This document shows positions 1-17,865 of a stretch of DNA of 64,000 bases, one piece after another. Below the pieces are notes generated by a model that did not search any database, was not told the origin of the DNA, and saw only the letters and a program-made list of their open reading frames with translations. The translations under genes were made by a program, and so were the position numbers. Origin of the DNA: the human T2T-CHM13v2.0 reference genome, Homo sapiens. Location of the stretch: NCBI RefSeq assembly GCF_009914755.1, contig NC_060926.1, one strand, 5' to 3'. Each line of letters opens with the position of its first letter. Within the stretch, counting starts at the first letter, position 1.

Positions 1-141
1 ATAGTTAAACAACCTGCCATGGCTTCACTTGCTTTTCCATAATTTGCTTACTGCCCTGAGTCAAGTAAGCAGTCACAAGATTTATAACTTCCTCAATTAC
101 TCCTGTAGACAGCATTGCTATTGTGAAACCTAAAGAACTAG

Positions 142-254
142 GGCCAGGCACAGTGGCTCATGCCTGTGATCCCAGCACTTTGGGAGGCTGAGGTGAGAGG
201 ATCACTTGAGGCCAAGAGTTTGAGACCAGCCTGGGCAACATGGCAAAACCCCAT
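142..254 (+). mobile_element. Alu (AluJ-like) left arm, interrupted by THE1 LTR
   Basis: ggccaggcacagtggctca...gcctgggcaacatggcaaaacccc, then an abrupt switch to tgatatgg. Confidence 0.85.
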
Positions 255-535
255 TGATATGGCTGATATTTGTCCCCACTCAAATCTCATCTTGAATTGT
301 AGCTCCCATGTGTCATGGGAGGGACCCAGTGACAGGTAATTGAATCATGAGGGTGGGTTTTTCCTGTGTTTTTCTCATGATAGTGAATAAGTCTCCTGAG
401 ATCTAATGGTTTTATAAAGGAGAGCTCCCCTGTACATGCTCGCTTGCCTGCTGTCATGTAAGATATGCCTTTGCTTCTCCTTTGCTTTCCACTGTAATTG
501 TGAGGCCTCCCCAGCCATGTGGAACTGTGAGTCAA
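255..535 (+). mobile_element. THE1/MST-type MaLR LTR, 3'-truncated
   Basis: tgatatgg...ccccactcaaatctcatcttgaattgtagctccc...ccatgtggaactgtgagtcaat. Confidence 0.85.
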
Positions 536-1685
536 TGCATTAGTCTGTTTTCACGCTGATAAAGACATACACGAGACTGGGTAATTTACAAAAGAAAGAA
601 GTTTATGGGACTTACAGTTCCATGTGGCTGGGGAGGCCTCACAATCATGGTGGAAGGCAAAGAGGCGGAAGTCACATCTTACATGGATGGAAGCAGGCAA
701 AGAGAGAGCTTGTGCAGAGAAACTCCCATTTTTAAAAGCATCAGATCTCATGAGACTTATTCACTATCACAAGAACAGCACAGGAAAGACCCACCCCCAT
801 GATTCAATTACCTCCCACTAGGTTCCTCCCATGACATGTGGGAATTGTGGGAGTTACAATTCAAGATGAGATTTGGGTGGGGACACAGCCAAACCATATC
901 ATTCTGCCCCTGGGCCCTCCCAAATCTCATGTCTTCACATTTCAAAACCAATAATGCCCTCCCAACAGTCCCCCAAAGTCTCAACTCATTTTGGCATTAA
1001 CTCAAAAGTTCACAGTCCAAAGACTCATCGGAGACAAGGCAAGTCCCTTCCGCCTATGAGCATGTAAAATCAAAAGCAAGTTAGTTACTTTCTAGATACA
1101 GTGGGGGTATAGGCATTGGGTAAATACAGCCATTCCAAATGGGAGAAATTGGTCAAAACAAAGGGCCTACAGGCCCCATGCAAGTCCAAAATCCAGTGGG
1201 GCAGTCAAATCTTAAAACTCCAAAATGATGTCCTTTGACTCCATGTCTCACATCCAGGTCACACTGATGCAAGAGGTGGGTTCCCATAGTCTTGGGCAGC
1301 TCCACCCCTGTGGCTTTGCAGGGTACAGCCCCTTCTGGCTGCTTTCATGGGCTGGCGTTGAGTGTCTGTGGCTTTTCCAGGTGCACGGTGCAAGCTGTTA
1401 ATGGATCTACCATTCTGGGGTCTGGAGGACAGTGGCCCCCTCTTCTAACAGCTCTACTAGGCAGTGTCCCAGTAGGGACTCTGTGTGGGGGCTCCCACTC
1501 CACATTTCCCTTCTGCACTGCCCTAGCAGAGGTTCTCCATGAGAGCCCTGCTCCTGCAGCAAACTTCTACCTGGGCATCCAGGTGTTTCCATATATCCTC
1601 TGAAATTTAGACGGAGGTTCCCAAACCTCAATTCTTGACTTCTGTGCACCTGCAGGCTCAACACCACATGGAAGCTGCCAAGGCA
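536..1685 (-). mobile_element. THE1 LTR (536-901) plus THE1 internal fragment
   Basis: Reverse-orientation LTR ending ccaaaccatatca at 901, followed by typical THE1-int sequence. Confidence 0.85.
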
Positions 1686-1852
1686 CAAGCCTGTAGTCCC
1701 AGCTACTCGGGAGACTGAGGCAGAAGGATCACTTGAGCCCAGGAGGTGGAGGCTGCAGTGAACCGTGATTGTGCCACTCTCTCTCTCTTACTGTGTTGCT
1801 CTCTGGGCAACAGAGTAAGACCTTGTCTCAAAAAAAAATAAAAATAAAAAAA
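1683..1852 (+). mobile_element. Alu right arm with A-tail
   Basis: gcctgtagtcccagctactcgggagactgagg...ccttgtctcaaaaaaa. Confidence 0.85.
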
Positions 1853-3189
1853 TTGTAGAACATATAAAATGTATATATTTTTTCTAAATTTTAAAGGCAC
1901 AAAAACAATCCTTATATTGTTCTTGGGTTCATTTTCATGCCTAGAAAAATATTTAAAATGGACTAAGCATGTCCATCAAGGCCCTGATCATTGCAAGGGA
2001 TGCAGAGTGGAAGACAGGGGTGGGGCTGGGCCTGAGGATGTTTGGGACTGTACTTTTAGCTCTAGTCCTTGTTGTTTTTTTTTCTTTAGTAAAATTGAAG
2101 CAAATATGATATAATGATAATAATTAATTTTAGGTGTACTGGAATAAGACTCTTTGTAATATTATTCTTTGTATTTCTTCTTACTCAGTAGAAACAAAAG
2201 GCTCACCAAGCACCCAGTATCTAGAAGTCAGCAGCCCAACCTAGCCTGCACTCCTGGGGTGTGGCCTGAGGTGTCCTGTGTCCAAAGGAGAAAGGGGCAT
2301 TGTTATAACCTGGTGGGTGGGCTGGTGTGCCCTGGGAGATTCCCATCTGAAATGCTGGTGAGGGGTTTGCACCCTGAAAGAGACTAGTTTCTTTTTCCTC
2401 TTTGTCACTAATGCATGTACCCTCTGTCTTGTGCAAATGCCCCACCCTGTGTCTTGTGCAGAGTTTGTATGGTCACACAGTGACATTTCTGGATTGTGCT
2501 GGATTGGATTTTGGCATGTGCTCAGAGGTCTTAGTTCTCATCTAGACTTAGAGGGCCACTCTGTGCTTGGCAAGTCCTCAGTGGTTGAAAAACTCCTTAC
2601 CTACAGCTAATTTGGGGCTTGTCTAGGTGGCTGGTGGAGACAGGTGGGGAAGCTTAGGGAACCTTGGAGTTTCTGTGGGGATTGACTCATTCTGCCCTGA
2701 GTACCATGGATAGACCTTTTCCTTCTGCTTTTTTTCTCTCTCTTTTCTAGCTGGGAAAACCCTTGGAAATACATTCTTGAGCCTTATTGTGTTGGGCTCA
2801 GAGGCTAAGAGGGAGACCCTGGATGGAGTGACAGGTGACTTAGAGGCCAACTGGCCAGCCTGTGGGCAGAGCAGATGGGAAGACAGGGGCAGAGATTCAG
2901 CCAGCCCTCTCTGGGGGTCTCAACTCCACTTCTGCCTCACAGATCTGCTGGTCACCTGACACCTCCAGTTCTCCTCACTCCTGCTGCTGGGGCAGAAAGT
3001 GAGAACCCCAGATTGGGATTCCAGGTGCATTGTTTTGTACCCGTGGCTCTGGGGTGCTGCTGCTGTTGTCCTGTGTGGTGGGTGGCTGTTGTGGCTGCCC
3101 TACAGGTCTAGCCATACAGGATGTTGCCTGGTTCCTGTGGAACAAGATGTTCTGACTTCCAAGTACTTGACATAGAAAATAAGCTTTAA

Positions 3190-3512
<323 letters not shown>

Positions 3513-3748
3513 TCAGAGGGTTCTGTTTCCTTCTTCAAATTCATTGAAATGAAGAAGTCATTTGCAAATTGAAAAAAAAGGTTATATTTCTTTTTTATTA
3601 ATCAATTTAGTATTGTTGGAAACTTACTATTTACTCATCTGTACATGAATCTGAATGTGAAGTCTATTTGACTAACTGTATTTTAAATTGCTCACTGCAA
3701 AGTAACTTTACGTTTGTTTTTAAAAATGGCTTTCACTAGTAATCATTA

Positions 3749-4289
3749 TGTCAGGGGCTTTCGAACCAGAGCGACTCCATTTTGAGTGAGGGCTAGGAAA
3801 ATGAGGCTGAGATTGGCTGGGCTGCATTCCCAGAAAATCAGGCATTCCTGGCCTCTGGATGTTTACAGTAAAGGGAACAGATTAATAATGTTTACTAAAA
3901 CAGACCCAGACTTGGGAGTGTCCAGATATCCCGATATCTGGAGAACAAAGGCATTCTTAATTTTGCCTTAAAGATAATAATATTGATTCTTACAAAAGGT
4001 AGTAATTACGAAAATTAATCCTTTATCACAAACCCTCGTAGCAGAGCACATCTCCCCAAGATCTATTTTTATCCTATATATATAGCAGCACTGTACATAG
4101 GGTGCATGCGTTCCTCCTCTTACTTTCGGGAAGGCCCTACTCTGTCTAAGGAGTAGCTGTCCTTTCACCATTTTACTTTCTTAATAAACTTGCTTTTACT
4201 TTGCACTGCGGACTTGCTCTGAATTCTTTGTTGCTCGAGATCCAAGAACTCTCTCTTGAGGTCTGGATCCGGACCTCTGTGCTGTAACA
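3749..4289 (+). mobile_element. MER41-family solo LTR (ERV1)
   Basis: TG...CA termini, 4-bp TSD atta, gaaccagagcgactccattttgag...ctgggctgcattcccaga characteristic of MER41; AATAAA near 4183. Confidence 0.85.
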
Positions 4290-5049
4290 ATTACACAATA
4301 TATGTGTTTAAATGTATATCATCATGTTGTATACCTTAAATATATACAATCGTTGTCAATTAAATGTTCTAAAATCAAAAAGTCTTCACATATATGAAAC
4401 AATTAAAAAGTAAATACTTATTTTTCTTAAGATACAGATCTTTATTTTTTTGGAAGAAAATAAAAATCCCAAAGCAGATAATCTTATTTTAGTTATAGAA
4501 AATAATCTTATTTTAGTTATAGAAAATAATTTAAATATATTTTGGTATTCGATGGTAAAAATATTGATATTTACTTAGTTGAATTAAAAAGTGAATATCT
4601 TTCTAGTAACTTCTTATCTTTCTTGGTCAACTGAGGTTATTATTATTTTTTTTCTGAAAATATGTCAGGTTCATACAACTGAGGTTATTAAGAAAAATTA
4701 TTCAGTGTTCCTGTGTAGCAGCTAAATTCATTATTTAATGCATTTTAAAGAAGCCTATTGCTTAAAAAATGCATAAAAAGCAATAGACTTCTTTAAAATG
4801 CATGGGTTGCAAAGGGCCCCAATATGAAAGTTCAGATTGAGCTAAATTGAAGATAATGTATTTGAATGTCTTATTATTTGGAAGTTATTATGATGGAATT
4901 GGTGGAAATGAAGGAAAATGTTGTCCTGGTGTTAACCTTTGTGGGAGGAAGCCTTGAGAACCATCCTCCCCCGCAGCAACAGGTGGGTGTTCCTGGAAAA
5001 GGCTGGTTTGTTGGTGGTGGTGGTGGTGTGTGTGTGCGTGCGTGTGTGT

Positions 5050-5338
<289 letters not shown>

Positions 5339-6479
5339 AGGGCTGGTCTTGTGTAGAGAGATCAGAGTGGTTCGGAAGCTTGACAGGAACAGGGATTTCT
5401 CCTTTCCTGGTGTTGTAATGACCTGAAAATCTGTCTTGTTCTTCAGTCTACCTTGTTCTCCACCCAAGGGTGTCGGGCATTTCCCAGCTTCACTGGCCTC
5501 CCGGTCTGTGCCTGCTGCTAGACTCCATCCGGGTTCCACTCACAGTTCTCCTCCCAGGGCTTTTCCCAACCACCCTGCCTCCTGCCTCATTATCCAAGGT
5601 GCCACAACCTATTTTACAGATTTCCTTGTTTATTTCCTCTCTGCCCTCTAATGCCATTTAAAAAATTTTATCATTTCTACTTCAGTTTATTATCTATTAT
5701 GTAAAATAAAATATTTCCTGATTTTGATTTATCGTTATATCCCAAGGACCAAGAATGGCGCCGGGTACGGAGAACACTCAGCATCCTTCCATTTGTGGAA
5801 GGAATAAATATTTGTGTATCTATGTAGATCTGTTTTCCCACTTGCTTTGTGATCTGTGTATTTAAAGAGGGGGCAGCTTCTTCACAAGGCATTCTTTCTG
5901 GAAACAGAAATGCAATTCTTCTTAAGGAAAAGTGGATCATTAAGATTTCTGAACTAGTTTTGCAACTATATAGAGAAATGTTGGAGTAAAAGTTAATTCC
6001 AATGTTAAAATTCTATTCTGTAATTATCATAAAAACATAGACTTTTAAGAGCGTTATTTCTGGATCACACAGTTCCACCAGCACTCTCCCTAGTAGACAG
6101 CCTCAGAGGGGCTCAGAGCAGTCGGTGATATGCCGGGGACACCCGAGTCCCAGCCAGGAAGTGCCCAGGGAGGAATGAACCAGACCTATGGGAAGGAACA
6201 AGTGAGTCCTGCCAATGCAACCCCTGTCCTCCCTTTAAAAAAAAGTGACAATTAAGCTTAATGAAGGTATTTGCAATTGAACCATGGATCTAAAAAGGTA
6301 AAAGTGGGGGAAAGTTAAGAGTTTCTAATTATAAGCATCATCTTCCTGAAGCTCTCACTTTTACCCTTAATTCAGAAAAGACACGTGGCTCTTAACCTCC
6401 TATGTACTTGTGTTGCAGGTGGTGTCTTTGGTGGCTGTTCACCCTTCCACAGTAAACATGCTTGGGAAGCAACTTTGCC

Positions 6480-7570
6480 AAAAGCCTTCGGACAGTCCAG
6501 CGTCAACACCGCAAGCCAAGTGGTAAGGCCCGCGGGGACAGAACCGTCGGACCCTGGTGGCGAATCTGGGATGGATGAATTCGTTGCTGTTGGGGCGGGC
6601 GGTGTTGGCAGGAGCGCTAGATTTGCTCGGGTTGGAGTGTGAGATGTTCCCTTCCGCCGAAGGAGCCCATGCAGACAGGGCTAGATGTACCTTCTGCAGC
6701 TTCTGCAGCGACTTGAGGCGCGTCGCTGCTAGAGGGTCCTGGTGCCCTCGGCGTGCGTGAGGTGCTGTGTGTCCCTCCCCACCCCCCGTACAATCCTCCC
6801 CGTAACTGGGCAGTGGAATCGGTGGGCACTGGAAGGACCCGACGCAGGTGATGGGATGCAGCGCTTCCAGGTGGTGACCCCGGCTGGACGTGCGTGGGTG
6901 CGAACTGCCACCCGGGCTGGGGCCAGCTTGCTGCGCCGCTGCCTCCGCAAGCCCTCCCAGCCCGGAGCTGAGTCTGACGAGGATTTCTTACGCGTTCAAG
7001 CGAGTGTGGAGCGGCGAGGCAGTGCACTTGCCCCATAGCTCCCGCGCTGGGAAACCCGGAGGGGAGGGGCTGTGGAGGGCGGGAGCCCCGGGCAGTAGGT
7101 CTGTGCTTCTTCCTTGGTCCCATTACACGGGAAGGGCAAGGTGACGCCACTCAGCCACGCAGGCCTCGCATTGGTGCCTTCCCTTCCCTAGCCAGGACGC
7201 GGCTATTAAACGCTGCTTTTAGCCGATTGTATTTCCTGTCTTTGAATCCGTTTTCTTTCTCCTCTCTGGTTGATTGGTTCTAGCTCTAAGCCCATCAAAG
7301 ACTTTAAGGATCCTACACAGAGTGCTGCAGGCTCCCTTTGTCAGAATTGGGGCCCCTAGGAGCTGAGTGCGGCAGGTTTCGCCTGTTCCTGGAGCTCGTA
7401 GTCAGGGTCGCTAGTGCACTGCCACTCTGAGGACTGGACGGAGTTCCAGACCTGCCTCCGGGGACCTCCTGCGTGAGGGCGGAGGCCCTTTCATGACCGT
7501 GAGATGCTCCGGGCCTTCCTGGTCAGCATGAGCTGCAGCCTCCACGCTGGGGCCTCCTGCCAAGTCCCGG
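6480..7570. promoter_or_regulatory. Orphan CpG-rich island / candidate promoter
   Basis: Visibly GC- and CpG-dense versus flanks, not Alu; GC box 6592-6599, TGACG 7142-7146, ATTGG 7170-7174 and 7273-7277, TATTAAA 7204-7210. Confidence 0.65.
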
Positions 7571-7699
7571 GCTTTGGTGACTTAAGTGCCTTTTGCAGTC
7601 TCACCACCCAGGGAAAATTTATAGCGGTGTGGATTGAATTTTTGTTTTAAGTCTGATTGTGTTCTTTAATCTTGCTAAGGGAATCGCTAAGGGTAGCCA

Positions 7700-9366
<1,667 letters not shown>

Positions 9367-10599
9367 CGCCCAGCTGTCCTGTAGAATGGCAGCCTAAATG
9401 TGAACAAAAGCTATACCCCCTTCCTTTGATGCCTTTAGTCCAACTAAAAGAGGCTACAAGTTTCCAAATGAACTTTGCATTACAAACATGAAGATGTGAA
9501 AGTGAACAGAGGGAAGATGAGGGCAGGCCAACCCCAAGGGCCAAGGCTGCTGCTTATCTTCTCCTGAAGCCCCTTCCTCTCCTGACCTCTATGGAGAAGC
9601 CCCCCTAAAGTTCCTTTCTCTACCCCCAGGGCTAGGTTACAGCCACCTCCTAGGTAGACAGTGGGAGACTACAGAACCACAGGCCCCTCCAAATACCCTT
9701 GGCCTTGACAGGACTGCGACTGCCTGCCCACTGTCACTCCACCTGAAGTCGGGGATCACCCCCGTCTTCCCTCTGGGTTCCATGCCCTGCCCTGTTCCCG
9801 TTCTTGCCGCATCAGCACTGTTCCTTAGTTGACAAAAACCTCCCTATGCTTCTGGACACCTCCTGCCCCCAGTTAAGCCAGGATAAGCTCTGCCCAACTC
9901 TGGCCTGAAGTGTCTCTCCCCATCCTGCAGCCTCTCGTGAAAATGTCTATTACTCCCCAGACCGCACTCAGCACAAGCACGAACCTTCCCGTTTATTCCC
10001 ACAAGTGCTGTGCCTGCTGGTGGAAGCATTTCTCTCCCTTTCTCAGACAGTTTAGGGCAGAACCATCCTTGCACAATCTCCTTCTAGTCTCCATTTTGGT
10101 TGTATCTTACAAAATCATAGCTCAGCTTCTTTTTTATTTAACATTAAAGCGGAAGAGTAAGTCTGGTGTCACTTTACACATCCTCGGGGCAGGGAGAGTT
10201 GTTGGGTCCCCTTCTGTCACTAGGAGCATGGAATCCCCAGAAAGGTGACCTGCTATCAAACCTGGAAAAAATTACCTTGAGGAAAAAGATAAAATAGACT
10301 TAATTTTCCAGACAGATAAGGATAAAAATTTTTCCAACTGGCAACAAGATTACCAATGAACCCTTCTCTCAGAAACTATGTAAGGAAGACAAATTAGAGA
10401 AACAAATTTGCTACTCGTCTGTCCAAATATATGTTGCACTCTGTACAAACCTCACCATGGAAGAAATCAAGTGTGTGAAAGCCTGCAGTGCCAGCCAATC
10501 TGAGACAGGAGGGCCCTGGGGCCTGGACATATCTCAGCTCTAATTTTTAAAGAAAACATGTAGGTTTTTTTTTTCTGATCAATAAGCTCTGAAAGTTTT

Positions 10600-11775
10600 T
10601 TCTGATATAACTTTTCCCCCTTTAACAGTTTTATTGAGATATAATTCACGTACCATACATTTTAAAATATACAACTCAATGGTTTTTAGCATCCATCACA
10701 AAATCAACTTCAGAACATTTTCACCCCCACCCTTCACATTTCTGTATCCTTTAGCTATCACCAACAACATTCCCAAGCCTAGATAACCAATAGTCTCCTT
10801 GCCACTTTGATATATTTGCCTATTCTGGACATCCTACACAAAGGGAATTACACAATATGTGGCCTTTCGTGTCTGCCTTTTTTCACTTAGGATAATATTT
10901 TCAGAGTTCAGCCATGTTGTAGCATGGATCAACACTTCATTCGTTTTCATGGCTGAATAATATTTCACTGTACAGTGTTATGAGTTGAATTTTGTCCCCA
11001 AGAAATTCATATGTTGATGTCCTAAACTCCAGCACCTCAAAACGTGGCCTTATTTGATGACCGGATCTTTCAAGACAATCATGCTAAAATGAGGTAAGTA
11101 GGGCAGGTCCTAATCCAGTAACTGGTGTCCTTATAGAGAGGGAAAATTTCAACACAGTGGTGCATACAGGGAGACAGCTGTTCGAACACAAAGACAGAGA
11201 TTTATAAGCCAAAGAAAGAGGGCTGGAACAGAGGAAACAACCACCCTGACGCCTTGACCTCACCTCAGACTTCCAGCCTCCAGGGCTGTGAGACAACACA
11301 TTTCTGTTGTTTAGGTTGTTGTACACTTTGTTACAGCAGCCCTAGCAAACTAGTACATATGGGTACACCACATTTTGTTTCTCTGTCTATCACTTAGACT
11401 TTTGGCTCATTTCCATTTTTTTGGCTATTACGAGTAATGCTGCTCTGAGCATCCACACACAGGTGTTTGTTTTCATTTCTCCTGGGTATGTACATAGGAG
11501 TGGAATGGCCAGGTCAAATGGTAACTCTGTTGAACTGTTTGTGGACTGCCAAACTCTTTTCCAGTGTGGCACTGCCCTTTCACATTCCCTGCAGGAACAT
11601 ATGAGGGTTCTCATTTCTCCACATTCTTGTTGACACTTGTTACGATCCTTCTTTTTTACTGTAGCCATCTTAGTGGGCGACGGTGGTGTCTCACTGTGGT
11701 TTTGATTTGTATTTCCCTGAAATGATATTGAGCATCTTTTCATGTGCTTATTGGCTGTTTGTACATTCTTTGGAG
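10600..11775 (-). mobile_element. Old L1 (L1MB/MC-like) 3' fragment split by an MLT1 LTR
   Basis: ttttattgagatataattcac...ctattctggacat...ttttcacttag..., resuming after 11357. Confidence 0.75.
10976..11357 (+). mobile_element. MLT1 (MaLR) solo LTR
   Basis: tgttatgagttgaattttgtccc...gttacagcagccctagcaaactagtaca. Confidence 0.8.
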
Positions 11776-12462
11776 ATTAAATTTTTTAATCCAAAGGTTC
11801 TGGGTAATCCAGGCCCTGTGCATCTCTGCAGACACATGTTGGCTATGCCACCCTTCCCCTCACTCTGATTCCAGTTATCTGACTTTCTTTGGTCTTTGGA
11901 GGCAAGTTCTGTACATTTTACTATATCAGGACCCTTATACTCTCAAGTCACTTGAACAAAGACAATTCTCTTCCTCATCTTTGCCCTGTTAACCTCAACT
12001 CATTTTTCAGAGTTCAGTTCAAGCATCACTGCCTCAGGTAAGCCTCCTTCGGCTACCCCAGCCAAGGGTCCATCAACTGGCTGAGCTCACAGAGAGCCCC
12101 ATATCAGGTAAATGTGTTCAGTCTAGAAAATGGCCTAATCGCCCCACCCAAATAAGTCCTCAGTTCCACTAGGTACAGCTTTATCACCAAATTTTAATCT
12201 TTTCACTAGGCTAGGTAATCATACAACTTTAGAACTGAGTTAACTCTTTCAAGTAGGAAGATGAATATCCCTACCTTTCACTTAGATTTTCTGAACTAAA
12301 ATAAAAATTACACTATAATTTATCTTGGTATGAATTGGTTATTTTCTGAAGTTTCATTTGGGCATTTAACAATCAAACCCATATCTGAGCTAGAATCCTT
12401 TGAAGTATCCAGATTAGGGTTGGGGCACTTTAAAGTTTGAGAAAGAAATAACGTTTAAGAGT

Positions 12463-12772
<310 letters not shown>

Positions 12773-12930
12773 TAAAGTTTAAGAATATCAAGAATAAAGT
12801 AAGGCATTATGTTCATTTTCTTAGAAAGCCACTAAGCCAATATAAGAGAAGCACCATCTGCTGTGAATTGAATCACCTCTCTAGACCCAAGGCAGCCTTC
12901 CATGTCAAACACATGCCCAGCTACAAATGA

Positions 12931-13271
<341 letters not shown>

Positions 13272-15964
13272 TAGACCAAGAAACCTTAAGTGTTTCCCAC
13301 TAAAGGGAGAACAGAAGCCCAACCAATTTTATGATTACATTTGGTTTGCTTTCCTTGTCATCCCTCCATTTTGTGCCAGGGGAGCTGTATGGTTTCTTTG
13401 CTCCATCAGCTTGGCAACACCCTAAAAACTTCTGGGACAAATAAGTCACTTGACACTGGAAAAGAAAAGGGCACCTGGTTTTAGATTTGTTTTGTAATGA
13501 AAAGGCAGATAATGGTGCCTTATTATCCTGGGGAAGGAATTACTGTCCTTCCCCAGTTAATAGTCATGCAGGCAAACAATTGTCAGCTGATTTATTTAAT
13601 AAAATGACACAAATGATTTGAACATAAGGAGCTGAAGTTGGCCAGAAAATGTGGGATCAGAGCAGAGAAGACCTTGAATGCAACCAGGAAGAACTGGTAT
13701 CAGGCAGTGATTCTCTCCCACAAGGAATGATGTGGAGTCACACGATTACCTAAGAGCTTCAAACTGGAATGGGCTTTGCTGTTTCCCCAGATGTTGGGGG
13801 ATTTTGGTGAATGTCAATGTTCAGGATAGGAGAGATTGACACTGACACTACTGCAGGGGTTCAGATATGAAGCAGTGACAATGTAGGCCAGTACAGGTAG
13901 CCATGGGAATGACGAGGAGAAGGCAGATTTGAAAAATAGGAAGTAGGCTCAGAAAAAAGGCGGACTAGCATAAATAAAGGAGATGAAGGGGGCTTCCAGA
14001 AGTTAATGACAATGTTAAATCAAGCAAAAGCATTCCTATCTAAGGAGGATTGCCTCTCAGTGTAGCATGTCCCTTGTCTATGTTTACGCCACCCCAATTA
14101 GATCGCAGCAGAGAACAGAGCCTAGCACTCTTCTATTTTCTTTATATCTGGAACATCTACCCATAGAATGGGCTGGTGAACAACAGGGGCTCAATTACTG
14201 GTTGACCAATTCCCTTGTGCTTGGGCAGAGACTGTTGTCTCTTCAATTTAATGAACATTGACTTTGTGTCCACTGAGTGATGGGTGGTCTGCAGAAATTA
14301 GGAGAAAATCCATGCCATAGAAAACAGCTTATGGGTTAATGCAACTGTGAGGACAGGGAGTTTTTGTGTATTAGACAAATAAGTCACTAAAATACAAGAC
14401 AAAATAAGACCAGTGCTTTGCTGGCCCAAGAGAGAAACTTAGACCTGTGAAGGTGAGGGATTCAGCATGAGTTTATGAATTTGGATGAGCTGAAACAAGT
14501 CTTGGAGGTTAAAGGTGGGAGTAGGGAGAGGCATCTCAGAAACAGAAGCAAAAGCAATGAAAGGGATGTGCTGACTGCAGCTGAGAGGTTCGCATTAGCA
14601 CTGTGAGTAGAGAAGCCTACCCAACGTAGCCACACTCTTGACAGGTATGCTATAGCCAAGCATTTAGAACCTTTATTAGATTTTAATCATGATGCTTTTA
14701 TTGGATATGCTATCACCATTAAAATTATTTTGTGTTGGAAAAATGAACTACAAATGGGATCAGAGACTTGCAAAAGTAAGACAGTGGCCCAACCATGAGC
14801 TCAGTCTGCAGTCAAGTGACACAGGTGAATGCCTAATGTGGCCTTGGAACCATCCTCCAGGACTCTCAGGCATGTAGAGTGGGATAAAGAGCAGCGGGCC
14901 AAAACAAATGCACACAGACACATGCTTTCTGTACTTGAATAACAAGTCACACAGGCCAAAAGAGGACCCTACCCTCAGCAATCACCACACCAGACCCACA
15001 CCTAGTTTGTGCCTGTAAAAAAAGAAAGAGTTTTTATTTATCCCAGCTTCAGGGATAGAAGGATGTGTTGCTATTTTCATTAGATATATAAAATTGACAA
15101 TAACACTCCAGTGTTAAAGAAAACACCTAGTTATTGTGTGCTCAAAATTTATACAAGTCAGTTGATGCTTCTGTAATCTTACTTTATTGAATTTAAAATA
15201 AGGCTAAAACAACATTAGTCCTAGAGCTGAATTAGATATAAGAACATTTATCTTCTGTTCTCAAGGTTTAAAAAGTTGCAAAGACCCAGATTCTTCACAT
15301 TTCACTTTTATAGATATTTGTTGACAATAGTCTTATAGAAAATTCTGAAAAAATGTCATTATCCCATCATTCTAACCTAATGATTATTTCAATACTTTTT
15401 TTAAGTCTATGAATGCATGAATGTGACAATCAATTCTAGCCATTAAGGTAAATAAGTAAATAATTTTCTAAAAATGCAAATATTTTATAAGTATAGTTTA
15501 AATTTTGATAATTCAGCTTTCCTTAGATCATCATACCTTTTTATTCTAAGAGGCACCATGTGACCATTACTAGAACACGGACAGCAAAACTGGATTATAA
15601 ACTGATACTAATTTTGTACAAAAGGATTATGAAAATCTTCAAAAAGATCATTGTATTATGATAATTTCCCCAAATGTTGCAGATTTGAGAGCTTTCTCCC
15701 TCCTCAATAGTAGAGAGAAATAGGAAGTAGGAAAAATAGGAAGTAGGCTCTGCCCCGCATCATGTCCTGACTTCAAACTGCACAGACAAATAGCGTTATT
15801 GAGTGTGAACCTGAGCTCCTCTTGCACACACCTGACATGCCCCAGGACCCCTCATAGGCCCATGGCACCATCCTCTCCCTGGCCAGCCAGACAGCCTCCC
15901 TCTACCAGGTCTCCCGTGTATGCAATCCTAATGCCCTTTTTGTTTTGTTCCCCGCCCCCCTCCA

Positions 15965-17470
<1,506 letters not shown>

Positions 17471-17710
17471 GGTGGGCCTACATCCCATTCTGCATTGGCC
17501 TCTAGCCCTTCCATCCAGTCCCCTCGGAATCACTCCCTTTCTCCAGTTCTTTTCACTATACTTTTCTGGCTTCTTGCCTCAGCTAGAACACACCTGAGAA
17601 ATGAACAGCTTGAAGAGCTCCCATTCAATTAAAAGGCCCTTCCTGTAACCTTATACTCCATGCTCACTCTTGCCTGAACTCTCACTGCCTGTCTCACTCA
17701 AGAACTCCTG

Positions 17711-17865
17711 ACTGGGCACAGTTGCTCATTCCTGTAATTCCCTCATTTTGGGAGGCCGAGGCGGGAGGATTGCTTGAGCCCAGGAGGTTGAGGTTGCAGT
17801 TAGCTGTGATCCACTATGGCACTCCAACCTAGGCAACAAGACCCTGTCTCAAGAAAAAATAAAGA
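17711..17865 (+). mobile_element. Monomeric or internally deleted Alu (FRAM-like)
   Basis: About 150-bp Alu monomer; flanking aaga(a/g)ctcctg. Confidence 0.75.

Noticed and set aside
4478-4530. 24-bp tandem duplication ataatcttattttagttatagaaa
   Set aside because: Real, but an ordinary slippage duplication in AT-rich DNA
6617-7150. 177-aa ORF and overlapping ORFs in the CpG island
   Set aside because: Pro/Arg/Gly/Ala-rich, no recognisable domain; long ORFs are expected by chance in GC-rich DNA
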